Shown: positions 8,650 through 19,579 of the stretch, piece by piece
Layout: each line of letters opens with the position of its first letter
Numbering within the stretch: position 1 is the first letter of the stretch
The notes under the pieces: generated by a model
Told to the model about the DNA's origin: nothing
The model's input: the letters and a program-made list of their open reading frames with translations, nothing else
The model's database searches: none
Position numbers and translations under genes: made by a program
Assembly: GCA_963843925.1 (NCBI GenBank)
Contig: CAWJML010000004.1
Coordinates: forward strand, 289,123-353,122
Direction: 5' to 3'
Source: an uncultured Chloroflexia bacterium
GTDB taxonomy: Bacteria; Chloroflexota; Anaerolineae; Anaerolineales; Villigracilaceae
Length of the DNA: 64,000 nucleotides

Positions 8650-9129
8650 ATGACGGAAGAATTGAATGTTGGATCGCCAGCCCCTGATTTCAGGCTGCCT
8701 ACAAATAATGAAAGGCTGGTCAGTTTGTCTGATTATCGCGGTAAAGCAAATGTTGTACTTTTCTTCGTACGGGAATATAACTGATTACAATGTCGCACGC
8801 ATGTCTCCCAGTTGGGGAGGCTTTACAAGGATTTCCAGGCGGCAGGAGCAGATATCCTCGTGATCCTGGGGGGCAACCTCGACCAGGCCCGCAACTATGC
8901 TCGACAGCTCAAGGCGCCCTTCCCGGTGCTGGCTGATCCAGATCGCAGCATCTATCATCTTTTTGATCTTGAGAAAGCGTTCATCCTGATTCAGCGCACA
9001 GCCTCGGTTGTCGTTGACAGGCAGGGCGTGATTCAATACATGAAACACGCTACGAATCCAATGCTGTGGTTGCAGGAAAGTGGTGAATTATTGACATTCG
9101 TGGTTGGTCTCGGACCGACCGCAAAATAG
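8650..9129 (+). CDS. AhpC/TSA (peroxiredoxin/redoxin-like) thioredoxin-fold protein with in-frame TGA at 8782-8784 (candidate Sec, U-L-Q-C)
   Basis: ATG 8650, TGA 8782 and the downstream ORF 8812-9129 are all in the same frame. The two halves read MTEELNVGSPAPDFRLPTNNERLVSLSDYRGKANVVLFFVREYN-[TGA]-LQCRTHVSQLGRLYKDFQAAGADILVILGG...PVLADPDRSIYHLF...VVVDRQGVIQY. Together they form one AhpC/TSA domain. Confidence 0.7.
8803..8821 (+). promoter_or_regulatory. SECIS-like hairpin downstream of the in-frame UGA
   Basis: GUCUCCC (8803-8809) pairs with GGGAGGC (8815-8821): 7 bp including one G-U pair. The apical loop is AGUUG. The hairpin starts 18 nt after the UGA and the loop G is 29 nt from the U of UGA. 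Confidence 0.5.
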
Positions 9130-9217
9130 GAGTGATACCTGGATTGGCCATATGCCGTTGAGTAAAAAGCGCACTTTTTGTGGCCAATTTCAACAGTGAT
9201 GATTATTAAGAGCACTC

Positions 9218-9245
9218 TTGACAATTCAACCGTTCGTCATATAAT
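9218..9245 (+). promoter_or_regulatory. Sigma-70 type promoter TTGACA-N16-TATAAT driving the T-box leader
   Basis: TTGACA at 9218-9223 and TATAAT at 9240-9245, read directly. Confidence 0.65.
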
Positions 9246-9261
9246 CCCGTCCAATATATTG

Positions 9262-9572
9262 AAAGACGTCGATGAGGACGAGTAAGCCTCGTACGGCGGG
9301 TCAGAGAGCAGGCGGTAATTGGTGAAAGTCCTGCCCGCACGATGAAGCTGAATGGACCTCGGAGTCGCAGAGCGAAACGAAAGGAATAGCTCTCGCCGGG
9401 ATGCTCCCGTTATCAGGCTAGGGTATACCCCAGGATTGGGCGTACCTGAAATCGAGTGAGGCTGGCTTTTCCCTGTGCATCACCACAGGGATTTTTAATT
9501 AATTCAGCCTAATTCGGGTGGCACCACGGACTACGCGTTCGTCCCGTTCATCGGACGAACGCGTTTGTATTT
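9262..9572 (+). promoter_or_regulatory. T-box riboswitch leader (candidate Trp specifier UGG) with intrinsic terminator
   Basis: Stem I elements: GAUGAGGACGAGUAAG, AGAGAG and GGUGAAAG. Candidate specifier UGG-A at 9353-9356. T-box sequence AAUUCGGGUGGCACCACGG at 9511-9529. Terminator ACGCGTTCGTCC (9533-9544) pairs with GGACGAACGCGT (9553-9564), followed by TTGTATTT. Confidence 0.85.
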
Positions 9573-9699
9573 AATGTTCGAAAGGATACTGCCATGTGTT
9601 TACTCGCATTCCATCCCCCTTGAAGGGTTCCATCTCAGAGCCTCCCTTTCTGATATATATTTACCCACTGACCAATAATTAATCCAAAGGAGCATCAAA

Positions 9700-11076
9700 A
9701 TGTCCGATCAAAATCGTTTTTTACTGAATGAAACCGACCTGCCGAAGAATTGGTACAACATCAATGCCGATAGTCCTGTCCCCCCTGCTCCGGTCTTGAA
9801 TCCGATGACGAAAGAACCGATTACACCTGAGTTCCTCTCGGTGCTCTTCCCCATGGAGATAATCAAGCAGGAAGTCAGCACGGAGCGTTATATCCAGATC
9901 CCTGAAGAGGTGCGCGAGATCTACAAGCTTTACCGTCCCACCCCAATGGTACGCGCCCGCCACCTCGAAAAGATATTAGGAACCCCAGCCCATATTTATT
10001 TTAAGAACGAAACCGTCTCGCCAGTTGGAAGTCATAAACCGAATACAGCCATCCCACAGGCTTTTTATAACAAAGTTGCCGGGACGAAGGCGATGACCAC
10101 CGAAACGGGTGCCGGGCAGTGGGGTACCTCACTGGCAATGGCTTGCAACTACTTCGGGATCGATCTCGAAGTGTATATGGTCAAGGTCTCGTACGAGCAA
10201 AAGCCCTATCGCCGCATCTTCATGCAGACATACGGAGCCCAGGTATTTGCCAGCCCGACTGACCGGACCGAGTTTGGTCGCTCGCTTCTGGCCAAGGACC
10301 CGGAAAACAACGGTTCACTTGGCATCGCCATTTCAGAGGCGGTGGAAGTGGCTGCGAAATCCGGCGGTGCGAAGAAATACAGTCTCGGTTCGGTTTTGAA
10401 CCATGTGCTCATGCACCAGTCGGTGATCGGCGAGGAAGCTCTCAAACAGATGGACATGGCCGGGGAATACCCGGATGTGGTCATCGGCTGCGTGGGTGGT
10501 GGTTCGAACTTCGGTGGCATCGCCTATCCATTCTTGCGCCAGAACCTAAAAGATGGGAAGCATACGCGGCTGGTGGCTGTTGAACCGACCGCCACCCCCT
10601 CTTTGACCAAGGGCGTCTATGCTTTTGACTATGGTGATACGGCTCAGATGGCCCCGATCGTCAAGATGCATACCCTCGGTCATACCTTTATGCCGGCTGG
10701 GATCCATGCAGGTGGTCTCCGCTACCATGGCATGGCTCCCAGTGTATCGGCGCTGTATCACGCCGGTTACATCGAAGCTGTGGCAGTCGGTCAGATCGGA
10801 ACCTTCGATGCCGCCGTTATGTTCACCAAAGCCGAGGGCATCATTCCGGCTCCCGAGTCGGCTCATGCCATCCGCGTAGCGATTGACGAAGCTCTCGACG
10901 CCAAGAAGAAGGGTGAGAAACGCATCATCCTATTCAACCTGTCGGGGCATGGTCATTTCGATATGACTGCTTACCAATCCTACCTGAACGGTGAGCTGGT
11001 GGATTATGAGCACCCTGCTCATGCAATTGAAGAGGCTATCAAGGACCTGCCGAAAGTGGAATATCAGGAAGCCTGA
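9700..11076 (+). CDS. trpB: TrpB2-type tryptophan synthase beta chain (PLP-dependent)
   Basis: 458 aa, long-form TrpB. PLP-lysine context NETVSPVGSHKPNTA. Also GCVGGGSNFGG and the SGHG motif near the C-terminus. RBS AAAGGAG. Confidence 0.85.
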   Translation: MSDQNRFLLNETDLPKNWYNINADSPVPPAPVLNPMTKEPITPEFLSVLFPMEIIKQEVSTERYIQIPEEVREIYKLYRPTPMVRARHLEKILGTPAHIYFKNETVSPVGSHKPNTAIPQAFYNKVAGTKAMTTETGAGQWGTSLAMACNYFGIDLEVYMVKVSYEQKPYRRIFMQTYGAQVFASPTDRTEFGRSLLAKDPENNGSLGIAISEAVEVAAKSGGAKKYSLGSVLNHVLMHQSVIGEEALKQMDMAGEYPDVVIGCVGGGSNFGGIAYPFLRQNLKDGKHTRLVAVEPTATPSLTKGVYAFDYGDTAQMAPIVKMHTLGHTFMPAGIHAGGLRYHGMAPSVSALYHAGYIEAVAVGQIGTFDAAVMFTKAEGIIPAPESAHAIRVAIDEALDAKKKGEKRIILFNLSGHGHFDMTAYQSYLNGELVDYEHPAHAIEEAIKDLPKVEYQEA

Positions 11077-11095
11077 GATTGATTCAGCCCCGTTC

Positions 11096-11130
11096 AAACT
11101 CCGAGGCCTTCGTGGCCTCGGAGTTTTTTT
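11096..11130 (+). terminator. Rho-independent terminator after trpB2
   Basis: AAACTCCGAGGCC (11096-11108) pairs with GGCCTCGGAGTTT (11114-11126). It runs into a T7 stretch. Confidence 0.85.
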
Positions 11131-11266
11131 GGAAAACACTTTGTAAAATACCGAAACATCCTCTCGTTTCACGAACGATATGTCTCAATCCGTTCCGGGC
11201 AGGCTGTATTTTCGCATTAAAACAGAACAACTGTGCGAACTTCGCCGTGTGGTAAAATGAATCCAT

Positions 11267-12256
11267 ATGGAAACTGAGCAAGGCAAACTACCCCCGCCGC
11301 CGGGTCTTTTCGCCTCACTGATGGCGGGGTTTGATTCTGTGGCAACCCATATCGCGGTCATCCTACCCCCGGTGTTGCTGGATTTGTTTCTCTGGCTTGG
11401 TCCCCACCTTAGTCTGAAACAATTCGTCCAACCGTTGATCGATTCGCTTACATCGCTTGCCAGCACACCCTTCCTGACGATGAATCCAGGTGATGTGGCG
11501 ACTATCCAAAAGGTATACACATCGTATTTCAATAACTTCAATCTTTTTGCTTTTTTGCGTACCTTCCCGGTCGGGAGTACGAGCCTTTTGAGTTTTGTCA
11601 TGCCGTCCAAAAATCCCTGGGGGGTTGCGGGTACAATTACCGCTGGATCGTTACCAGGGATTCTTGGCTGGGTGGTGATCCTTATCTTTACGGGCTGGGT
11701 GTTGGGGGCTTTGTACTATTATTGGGTTTCTTCGGTTGCCCTGAAACTGGAAATCCGCAATCTTTCACGCTCCCTCAAGCATGTCTTCCTGCTTTCGCTC
11801 ATCTGGATGGGGTTGCTCTTTTTGTTTGGCATTCCGGCCCTTATCCTGTTGTCAATTATCACCGTGATCAGCCCAGTGCTTGGTCAAGTCGTACTGTTCA
11901 TCGGGGCGCTCCTGCTGATCTGGCTGGTAATGCCCATCTTCTTCTCATCCCATGGCATATTTACCAACCAATTGGATGCCCTGCGCGCCATCCTAAGCAG
12001 CCTGCGTTTGGTTCGTTTTACCCTGCCAAATACTGGCCTGTTCCTTTTGACTTTTTTGGTCATCAATCAAGGTCTGAACTTTCTCTGGACTACACCACCG
12101 CAAAACTCATGGTGGGTTCTGGTCGGCATCATCGGGCACGCATTCATATCAACCGCACTCGTGGCGGCTAGTTTTGTATATTATCGGGACATCAACGCCT
12201 GGTTGAAGGTCGTCTTCGAGCAACTGCAAAAGCAGACAACTTCCGCCAAGGCATAA
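11267..12256 (+). CDS. Hypothetical polytopic membrane protein
   Basis: 329-aa ORF with several long hydrophobic segments. No motif recognised. It is preceded by an extended -10 element TGGTAAAAT (11250-11258) and has no SD sequence. Confidence 0.6.
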   Translation: METEQGKLPPPPGLFASLMAGFDSVATHIAVILPPVLLDLFLWLGPHLSLKQFVQPLIDSLTSLASTPFLTMNPGDVATIQKVYTSYFNNFNLFAFLRTFPVGSTSLLSFVMPSKNPWGVAGTITAGSLPGILGWVVILIFTGWVLGALYYYWVSSVALKLEIRNLSRSLKHVFLLSLIWMGLLFLFGIPALILLSIITVISPVLGQVVLFIGALLLIWLVMPIFFSSHGIFTNQLDALRAILSSLRLVRFTLPNTGLFLLTFLVINQGLNFLWTTPPQNSWWVLVGIIGHAFISTALVAASFVYYRDINAWLKVVFEQLQKQTTSAKA

Positions 12257-14182
<1,926 letters not shown>

Positions 14183-14216
14183 TTTATTTTTACGGTTTCT
14201 CCTCCCGAATCGCGCA

Positions 14217-14252
14217 AAAAGAGTTGGCAAGCTGGCTTGCCAACTCTTTTCT
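14217..14252 (+). terminator. Rho-independent terminator after gyrB
   Basis: AAAAGAGTTGGCAAG pairs with CTTGCCAACTCTTTT. This is a perfect stem with a 4-nt loop and a T-rich tail. Confidence 0.8.
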
Positions 14253-14432
14253 CTTCACCACTCTGGACTTAAAAATGTATTCACGCTCCACGCTCGATTC
14301 AGACGCACCCCTTTCAGGCTGACTTAACCTCCCCAAATGGGGGAGGCTTTTTGAATCGGTTATGTCTATAATAATTAATGCAATTTATCGCTGGGTGCTT
14401 TGAACGACTTGAAAACAAGGAGGTCAACAGAT

Positions 14433-15692
14433 ATGTCTAACCTTGGAGTCTGTTCTGAAGTTGGGAAACTGCGCAAGGTGATCGTTCACCGACCGGAGTT
14501 GAGCCTGCAGCGGCTAACTCCTGCCAACCATGACGAGTTGCTTTTTGATGATGTCTTGTGGGTGGAACACGCCCAACTCGAGCACGATCAGTTCGTTGCT
14601 TGCATGCAGGCGAGTGGGGTGGAGGTCTACTATGTTCTCGACCTGTTGAGGCAGGTACTCGAAAACAGCCGGGAGGCACGCAAGCTGGTCATCGAGCAGG
14701 TTGCCACCGACTACTCGGTCGGTTGGTCGCTGGTTGACGAGATCCGGCAGTTCCTCTGGGACTTGCCGCCTTCAGACCTGGCCCGCTACCTCATCGGTGG
14801 CCTTACCGCTGGTGAAACCACGATCGACTGGAAAAAATATGGACGTATCTCGCTGCATGCTGCCGCCATGCAGGATATGAATACTTTTCTTCTACCGCCC
14901 CTACCCAACACACTCTTTACCCGTGATTCATCCTGTTGGATATATGAAGGCGTTGCGGTTAACCCCATGTTTTGGCCGGTACGCCGGCATGAGGCGCTCA
15001 ACATGCTGGCCATCTACCGCTACCACCCAATCTTCCAGAATGCGGGTTTTGATTGGTTATATCCGAAAACAACCGACGGCGAGTTCAGCCTGGAAACTTT
15101 CGCCCATTCATCCCTTGAAGGCGGCGATGTAATGCCGATCGGAAATAGGACTGTTCTGATCGGTATGTCACAACGGACCCAGGATGGGATGATCGAACAG
15201 ATAGCCGAAGCATTGTTCTCGGCTGGCAGGGCTGAGCGCGTTATCGCCTGTGTGATGACCCGCGACCGTGCCCATATGCACCTGGATACGGTCTTCACCA
15301 TGCTCGACCGGGACAAGGTCACCCTGTTTCCCAAGGTGGTCTCGCAGATCCGGGCATTCAGTCTGCGCCCGGGGAGAAAACCCGGAGACTTCAGAGTTAC
15401 CGTGGAGAAGGATATGATTTCGGCAGTTGCTGATGCCCTCAAGGTCCGTAAGCTGTACGTGGTCGAGACGGGTGGAGATCAATACCAGGCTGAGCGCGAA
15501 CAGTGGGATGATGCCAATAACACGGTTGCCCTGGAGCCCGGTGTGGTGATCTCTTATGAACGGAACACGCACACCATTTCTAAAATGAAGGCTGCCGGGG
15601 TGCAGGTGATCCCCATTCCCGGTTTTGAGCTTGGAAAGGGCCGGGGGGGTGGTCACTGCATGACCTGCCCGATCCAGCGCGACGAAATTTAA
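14433..15692 (+). CDS. arcA: Arginine deiminase
   Basis: GVCSEVGKLRKVIVHRPELSL, FTRDSS, LEGGDVMPIG and the C-terminal catalytic context GRGGGHCMTCP. RBS AAGGAGG lies upstream of ATG 14433. Confidence 0.9.
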   Translation: MSNLGVCSEVGKLRKVIVHRPELSLQRLTPANHDELLFDDVLWVEHAQLEHDQFVACMQASGVEVYYVLDLLRQVLENSREARKLVIEQVATDYSVGWSLVDEIRQFLWDLPPSDLARYLIGGLTAGETTIDWKKYGRISLHAAAMQDMNTFLLPPLPNTLFTRDSSCWIYEGVAVNPMFWPVRRHEALNMLAIYRYHPIFQNAGFDWLYPKTTDGEFSLETFAHSSLEGGDVMPIGNRTVLIGMSQRTQDGMIEQIAEALFSAGRAERVIACVMTRDRAHMHLDTVFTMLDRDKVTLFPKVVSQIRAFSLRPGRKPGDFRVTVEKDMISAVADALKVRKLYVVETGGDQYQAEREQWDDANNTVALEPGVVISYERNTHTISKMKAAGVQVIPIPGFELGKGRGGGHCMTCPIQRDEI

Positions 15693-15858
15693 TGAGGGTT
15701 CGTTTGTATGGAGCTTCGCTGGTCTGATCCGCCTTTGTCTTCGGTGGAGATTAGATCGGGTAGGAATGGAAGCTCTCTTGAAATAAACACCCAGGAAATG
15801 GTAAACTCTATCCAGTAAGTAAATTGATCTTTACCTATCTCGAAAGGAGGATTAAATA

Positions 15859-16113
15859 ATGACGAATATATTGGTGTTTCTTCTTGTCGGTCTGGTAGCT
15901 GGCTGGTTGGCTGGTATCATCATGCGAGGCAGGTACGGTCTGATAGGTGACTTGATTATTGGGGTGATCGGATCTTTCCTGGGAGGCTGGCTGCTCGGTC
16001 TGCTCAAATTAAACGTAGGTGGTGGCATACTAGGTGCCATCATCACTGCCTTGATCGGTGCGATAGTATTACTGTTAATACTTCGCCTGATTTTTGGAGG
16101 AGGCCGCAGGTAA
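15859..16113 (+). CDS. GlsB/YeaQ/YmgE family (transglycosylase-associated) small membrane protein
   Basis: 84 aa. Gly-rich helices: LLVGLVAGWLAGIIMRGRYGLIGDLIIGVIGSFLGGWL. RBS AAAGGAGG. Confidence 0.8.
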   Translation: MTNILVFLLVGLVAGWLAGIIMRGRYGLIGDLIIGVIGSFLGGWLLGLLKLNVGGGILGAIITALIGAIVLLLILRLIFGGGRR

Positions 16114-16140
16114 TTCCTTTTCTCTTCCGCATTGAATGAT

Positions 16141-16170
16141 AGGACTGCCACTCTCGGCAGTCCTTTTTCG
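16141..16170 (+). terminator. Rho-independent terminator
   Basis: AGGACTGCC (16141-16149) pairs with GGCAGTCCT (16156-16164), followed by TTTTT. Confidence 0.8.
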
Positions 16171-16223
16171 ATTGTCCTTGTCATTTACATACTGACCTTG
16201 TAAAATGAAGTAGAGTTTATATC

Positions 16224-18650
16224 ATGTCCATCCCCGACGCAAAGCCCAAAACTAACTCTACCAGTCTGGCTGCATGGATGCCTCTCATGTGGCTCTCACT
16301 GGCTTTTATCGCTGGTATCTGGTTTGACAGTCAGGTGCATATCTCCATCCGGCGCTGGCTGGTATTGGCTGCCTTTTCGGTGGTATTGGCGCTCTTTATC
16401 CGGGTGATCCTGCCGCGTCTGGTGATCTATCAAACTACCGTTTCTTCAACCCGTGCCACGCTGATCCTTTTAGCGTTAACCCTTTTCTTCCTCGGTGCAG
16501 CCCGCTACCAGGTGACTGTTCCTGGTAAGGACCCCTTTCACATAGCCTGGTTTGCCGATCGGGATTTTGATCTGGTTATTACTGGAACGCTGGCTGGTCC
16601 ACCGGATAATCGCGATACGTACACCAATCTACGCCTGGATACCACCCTGGTGGATACCGGTTCAGGCGATCTGCCAGTCCACGGTCTCATTCTGGTGCGC
16701 GTAGATCCCGGAGGATCATGGCATTATGGTGATGTGGTGCGGGTGAGAGGCCAGCTTAAGACCCCTCCCTCGAATGAGACTTTTTCCTACCAGGATTACC
16801 TTTCCCGTCAGGGTATTCTCGCCTACATGCCGTCAGGAAAGATCACCCGCTTGCCGTTTATCGGCGGAAATCCTGCGCTCCGATCGGTGTATGCAATCAA
16901 AGATCGTCTCATATCAATTGTTTATAGGATCTTCCCTGATCCGGAAGCTTCCCTGATAGCCGGAATTCTGCTCGGGGACGATAATGGCATGCCTGCTGAC
17001 CTGCAACAGGCATATAAGAATACCGGTACTGCACACATTATTGCAATTTCCGGGTTCAATATCGCCATTATCGCCGGCTTATTCTTGATCCTCTTCCGTC
17101 GTTTGCTCGGACCGCGCAAAGGCGCCATTGCAGCCATTATTGGAATCATCCTTTACACCGTACTGGTGGGGGCCACCGCATCTGTCCTTCGGGCAGCCAT
17201 CATGGGCACTCTCGCAATATTACGCCAGCCTTTTTGGCAGGCGCCAGAACGGTGTCAATACCCTGGTTGCCACAGCTGGCTTTATGGCGGTTATCGATCC
17301 ACGATCTCTTTGGGATGTCGGATTCCAGTTATCGTTTACCGCCACGCTTGGCTTGATCCTCTATGCAAAATCTCTTCAGGACTGGTTTACCCGCCTTTTG
17401 TCCCGACGTCTCCCTTTGGGAACGGCAGCACGCATCGGCGCACCGGTCGGTGAGTTCGTTCTCTTCACAATGGCTGCCCAGGTAACCACCCTGCCGATCA
17501 TGGCTTATCAGTTCGGTCGAGTTTCTCTTGTCTCCATCCTCGCCAATCCCTTTGTTCTCCCGGCCCAACCCGCTGTGATGGTCCTGGCTGGATTGGCTAC
17601 CTTCCTGGGTTTCTTTTACCTTCCGCTAGGTAAACTTGTTGGTTGGATTGCCTGGCCTTTCGCTGCTTACACCGACCGCGCTGTGGAGTTCTTTAATGGA
17701 TTTCCACATGGCGTTATTGTGCTGGGTGAATTTTCTCTGCTCTTTGTGATCTTGTATTACGTTGTCTTGTATTTATTAACCTTCTCCGGATCGCGGTTGA
17801 GGCAGGTGCTACGACCCGTTTTAGTGCCATCAATATTTATTACTTCGCTGGGCATCCTTGTATTCCTCGTTTGGACGGCGGTTTTTACCCAGCCTGACGG
17901 GAATTTACATCTAACGTTTATGGATGTCGGATCAGCAGATGCGATCCTTATTCAGTCCCCAACCGGAAGGTCGCTCCTGGTCAATGGCGGTTCATCCCCC
18001 TCACAGCTCTCAAGTTCCCTTGGAAGGCGTCTACCACCTTTTGACCGTCGCCTGGATTGGCTCGTCGTTGCCTCCACCGCGGATCAAGAGGTCGCTGCTT
18101 TGCAGCGCATACTGGATCGTTTCCCGGCCAGCAACGTCCTGTGGGCAGGCCCGGTCAGTGCATCGTATTCATCGGAAGACCTCGAGCTCTGGCTTTCAGA
18201 GAATGGTGTCCCGGTCATACCGGCTTACCCTGGTGCTGTCCTGGACCTGGGTAGCGGCGCACGGCTGAAAGTTTCAGATATATCCAGCCGAGGTGCGGTC
18301 TTGTTGGTGGAGTGGAACTCCTTTCGAGCCCTGCTACCGATCGGAATTAATTTTGATACCCTGGATGCATCGGTTAGCGGGCCGAACGCTGGCAGTTCCA
18401 TGGGTCCGGTAACTGCCCTCTTGCTGGCTGATTTCAGGTCTGGCGCAGACAAACCCACCCGAATGGATTGCGACGGCTGCGACCAGAGGTCGCGGTTCTT
18501 TCCGTTGCCGCTGGGGACCCCACCAATCTACCGGCTCAATCGGTACTGGAAAGCCTGAATGCGACTACTCTCCTGCGAACCGACCACAACGGCTGGGTCA
18601 CGATTTCGACCGACGGGTCGGGTTTTTGGGTGGATGTTGAAAAGAAATGA
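16224..18650 (+). CDS. comEC: ComEC/Rec2 DNA internalisation channel with C-terminal metallo-beta-lactamase domain; frame broken at about 17216-17222 and once or twice at about 18432-18469
   Basis: Three ORFs (16224-17453 frame 0, 17128-18558 frame 1, 18468-18650 frame 0) join into one ComEC. Motifs: YKNTGTAHIIAISGFNI, SVLRAAIMGTLAI / YASLFGRRQNGVNTL...WDVGFQLSFTATLGL, the MBL part LTFMDVGSADAILIQSP, and the tail RLRPEVAVLSVAAGD...LLRTDHNGWV. Confidence 0.85.
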
Positions 18651-19264
18651 CCGATTTCGATTTGCGTGCCCGGGATTGGGATAGCGATCCCCTAAAATTA
18701 GATCGGGCGCGCAAGGTGGCAGATGCGATTCGCGAAGCTGTGCGCCTGGATACCGGCATGTCGGCTTTGGAATATGGTTGTGGAACGGGCCTCTTGAGTT
18801 TTGCCCTCCAACCCAGTCTGGGGCATATCACTCTGGCAGATAGTTCACAGGGGATGTTGGATGTTCTAAATAATAAGATAATGTCTGCCGGGTTTCAAAA
18901 TATGACTCCCCTGCACCTCGACCTGTCGGCTGACCCGCTTCCGGACCAGCGGTTTGATATTGTGTACACTCTAATGACATTGCATCATATACCTGATACC
19001 CGCAAAATACTGGTTGACTTCTACGATCTGCTCAAAGAACCAGGGTATCTCTTCATCTGCGACTTGGACAAAGAGGACGGTTCATTTCATGAAGAGGGTG
19101 CTGATGTCCATTCCGGTTTCGATCGGGCAGGCTTGACCATGGATCTGAGGCATGCCGGCTTTACCCTTGTCCGTTTCTCGACTGTCTATCATGTAATAAA
19201 AGAAGTCGACGAAAACCGGCGCTCCTACCCACTCTTCCTTGCTGTGGCGGAAAAAGGATCGTGA
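18647..19264 (+). CDS. Class I SAM-dependent methyltransferase
   Basis: Motif I is ALEYGCGTGLLS. 205 aa. The ATGA start overlaps the comEC stop. Confidence 0.8.
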   Translation: MTDFDLRARDWDSDPLKLDRARKVADAIREAVRLDTGMSALEYGCGTGLLSFALQPSLGHITLADSSQGMLDVLNNKIMSAGFQNMTPLHLDLSADPLPDQRFDIVYTLMTLHHIPDTRKILVDFYDLLKEPGYLFICDLDKEDGSFHEEGADVHSGFDRAGLTMDLRHAGFTLVRFSTVYHVIKEVDENRRSYPLFLAVAEKGS

Positions 19265-19579
19265 ATCCAGGGTAAAAACCTCTTTCGCACTCAGCATTTT
19301 CCCCAGGATTCGAACGATATCCGGGGCTTATTTATACCAATTACATAGTTTTATGGTATACTCCCGTGCCGCTCGAAAATGGAGCGAACGATCCAGGGAA
19401 ATTGTTTTGAGACTTCGAATGATGGCCCGGTGATAGTGACCGGGCTATATTGTTGGGCTGATGCACCCGCAAGAGTGCCTCTGGTTGGCAAGATTTTTAT
19501 TGAGGTCATCAAAACTTCCCATCATCCAGTCTGTCCAGGCAACCTTTTTGCTTGAACGGGCACCAGTAAAGAGGATTTG

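Noticed and set aside
8666-8863. 65-aa ORF overlapping the peroxiredoxin-like gene in another frame.
   Set aside because: It is out of frame with the conserved AhpC/TSA translation and has no motif or RBS. The single-frame TGA-containing reading explains the region better.
9130-9215. Nested AT-rich hairpin (TTGGCCA...AAAAAG-CGCA-CTTTTT...TGGCCAA) as a terminator of the peroxiredoxin-like gene.
   Set aside because: The inner stem is only 6 A-T/G-C pairs and the U-tract is part of the stem. It is plausible, but too weak to annotate as a feature.
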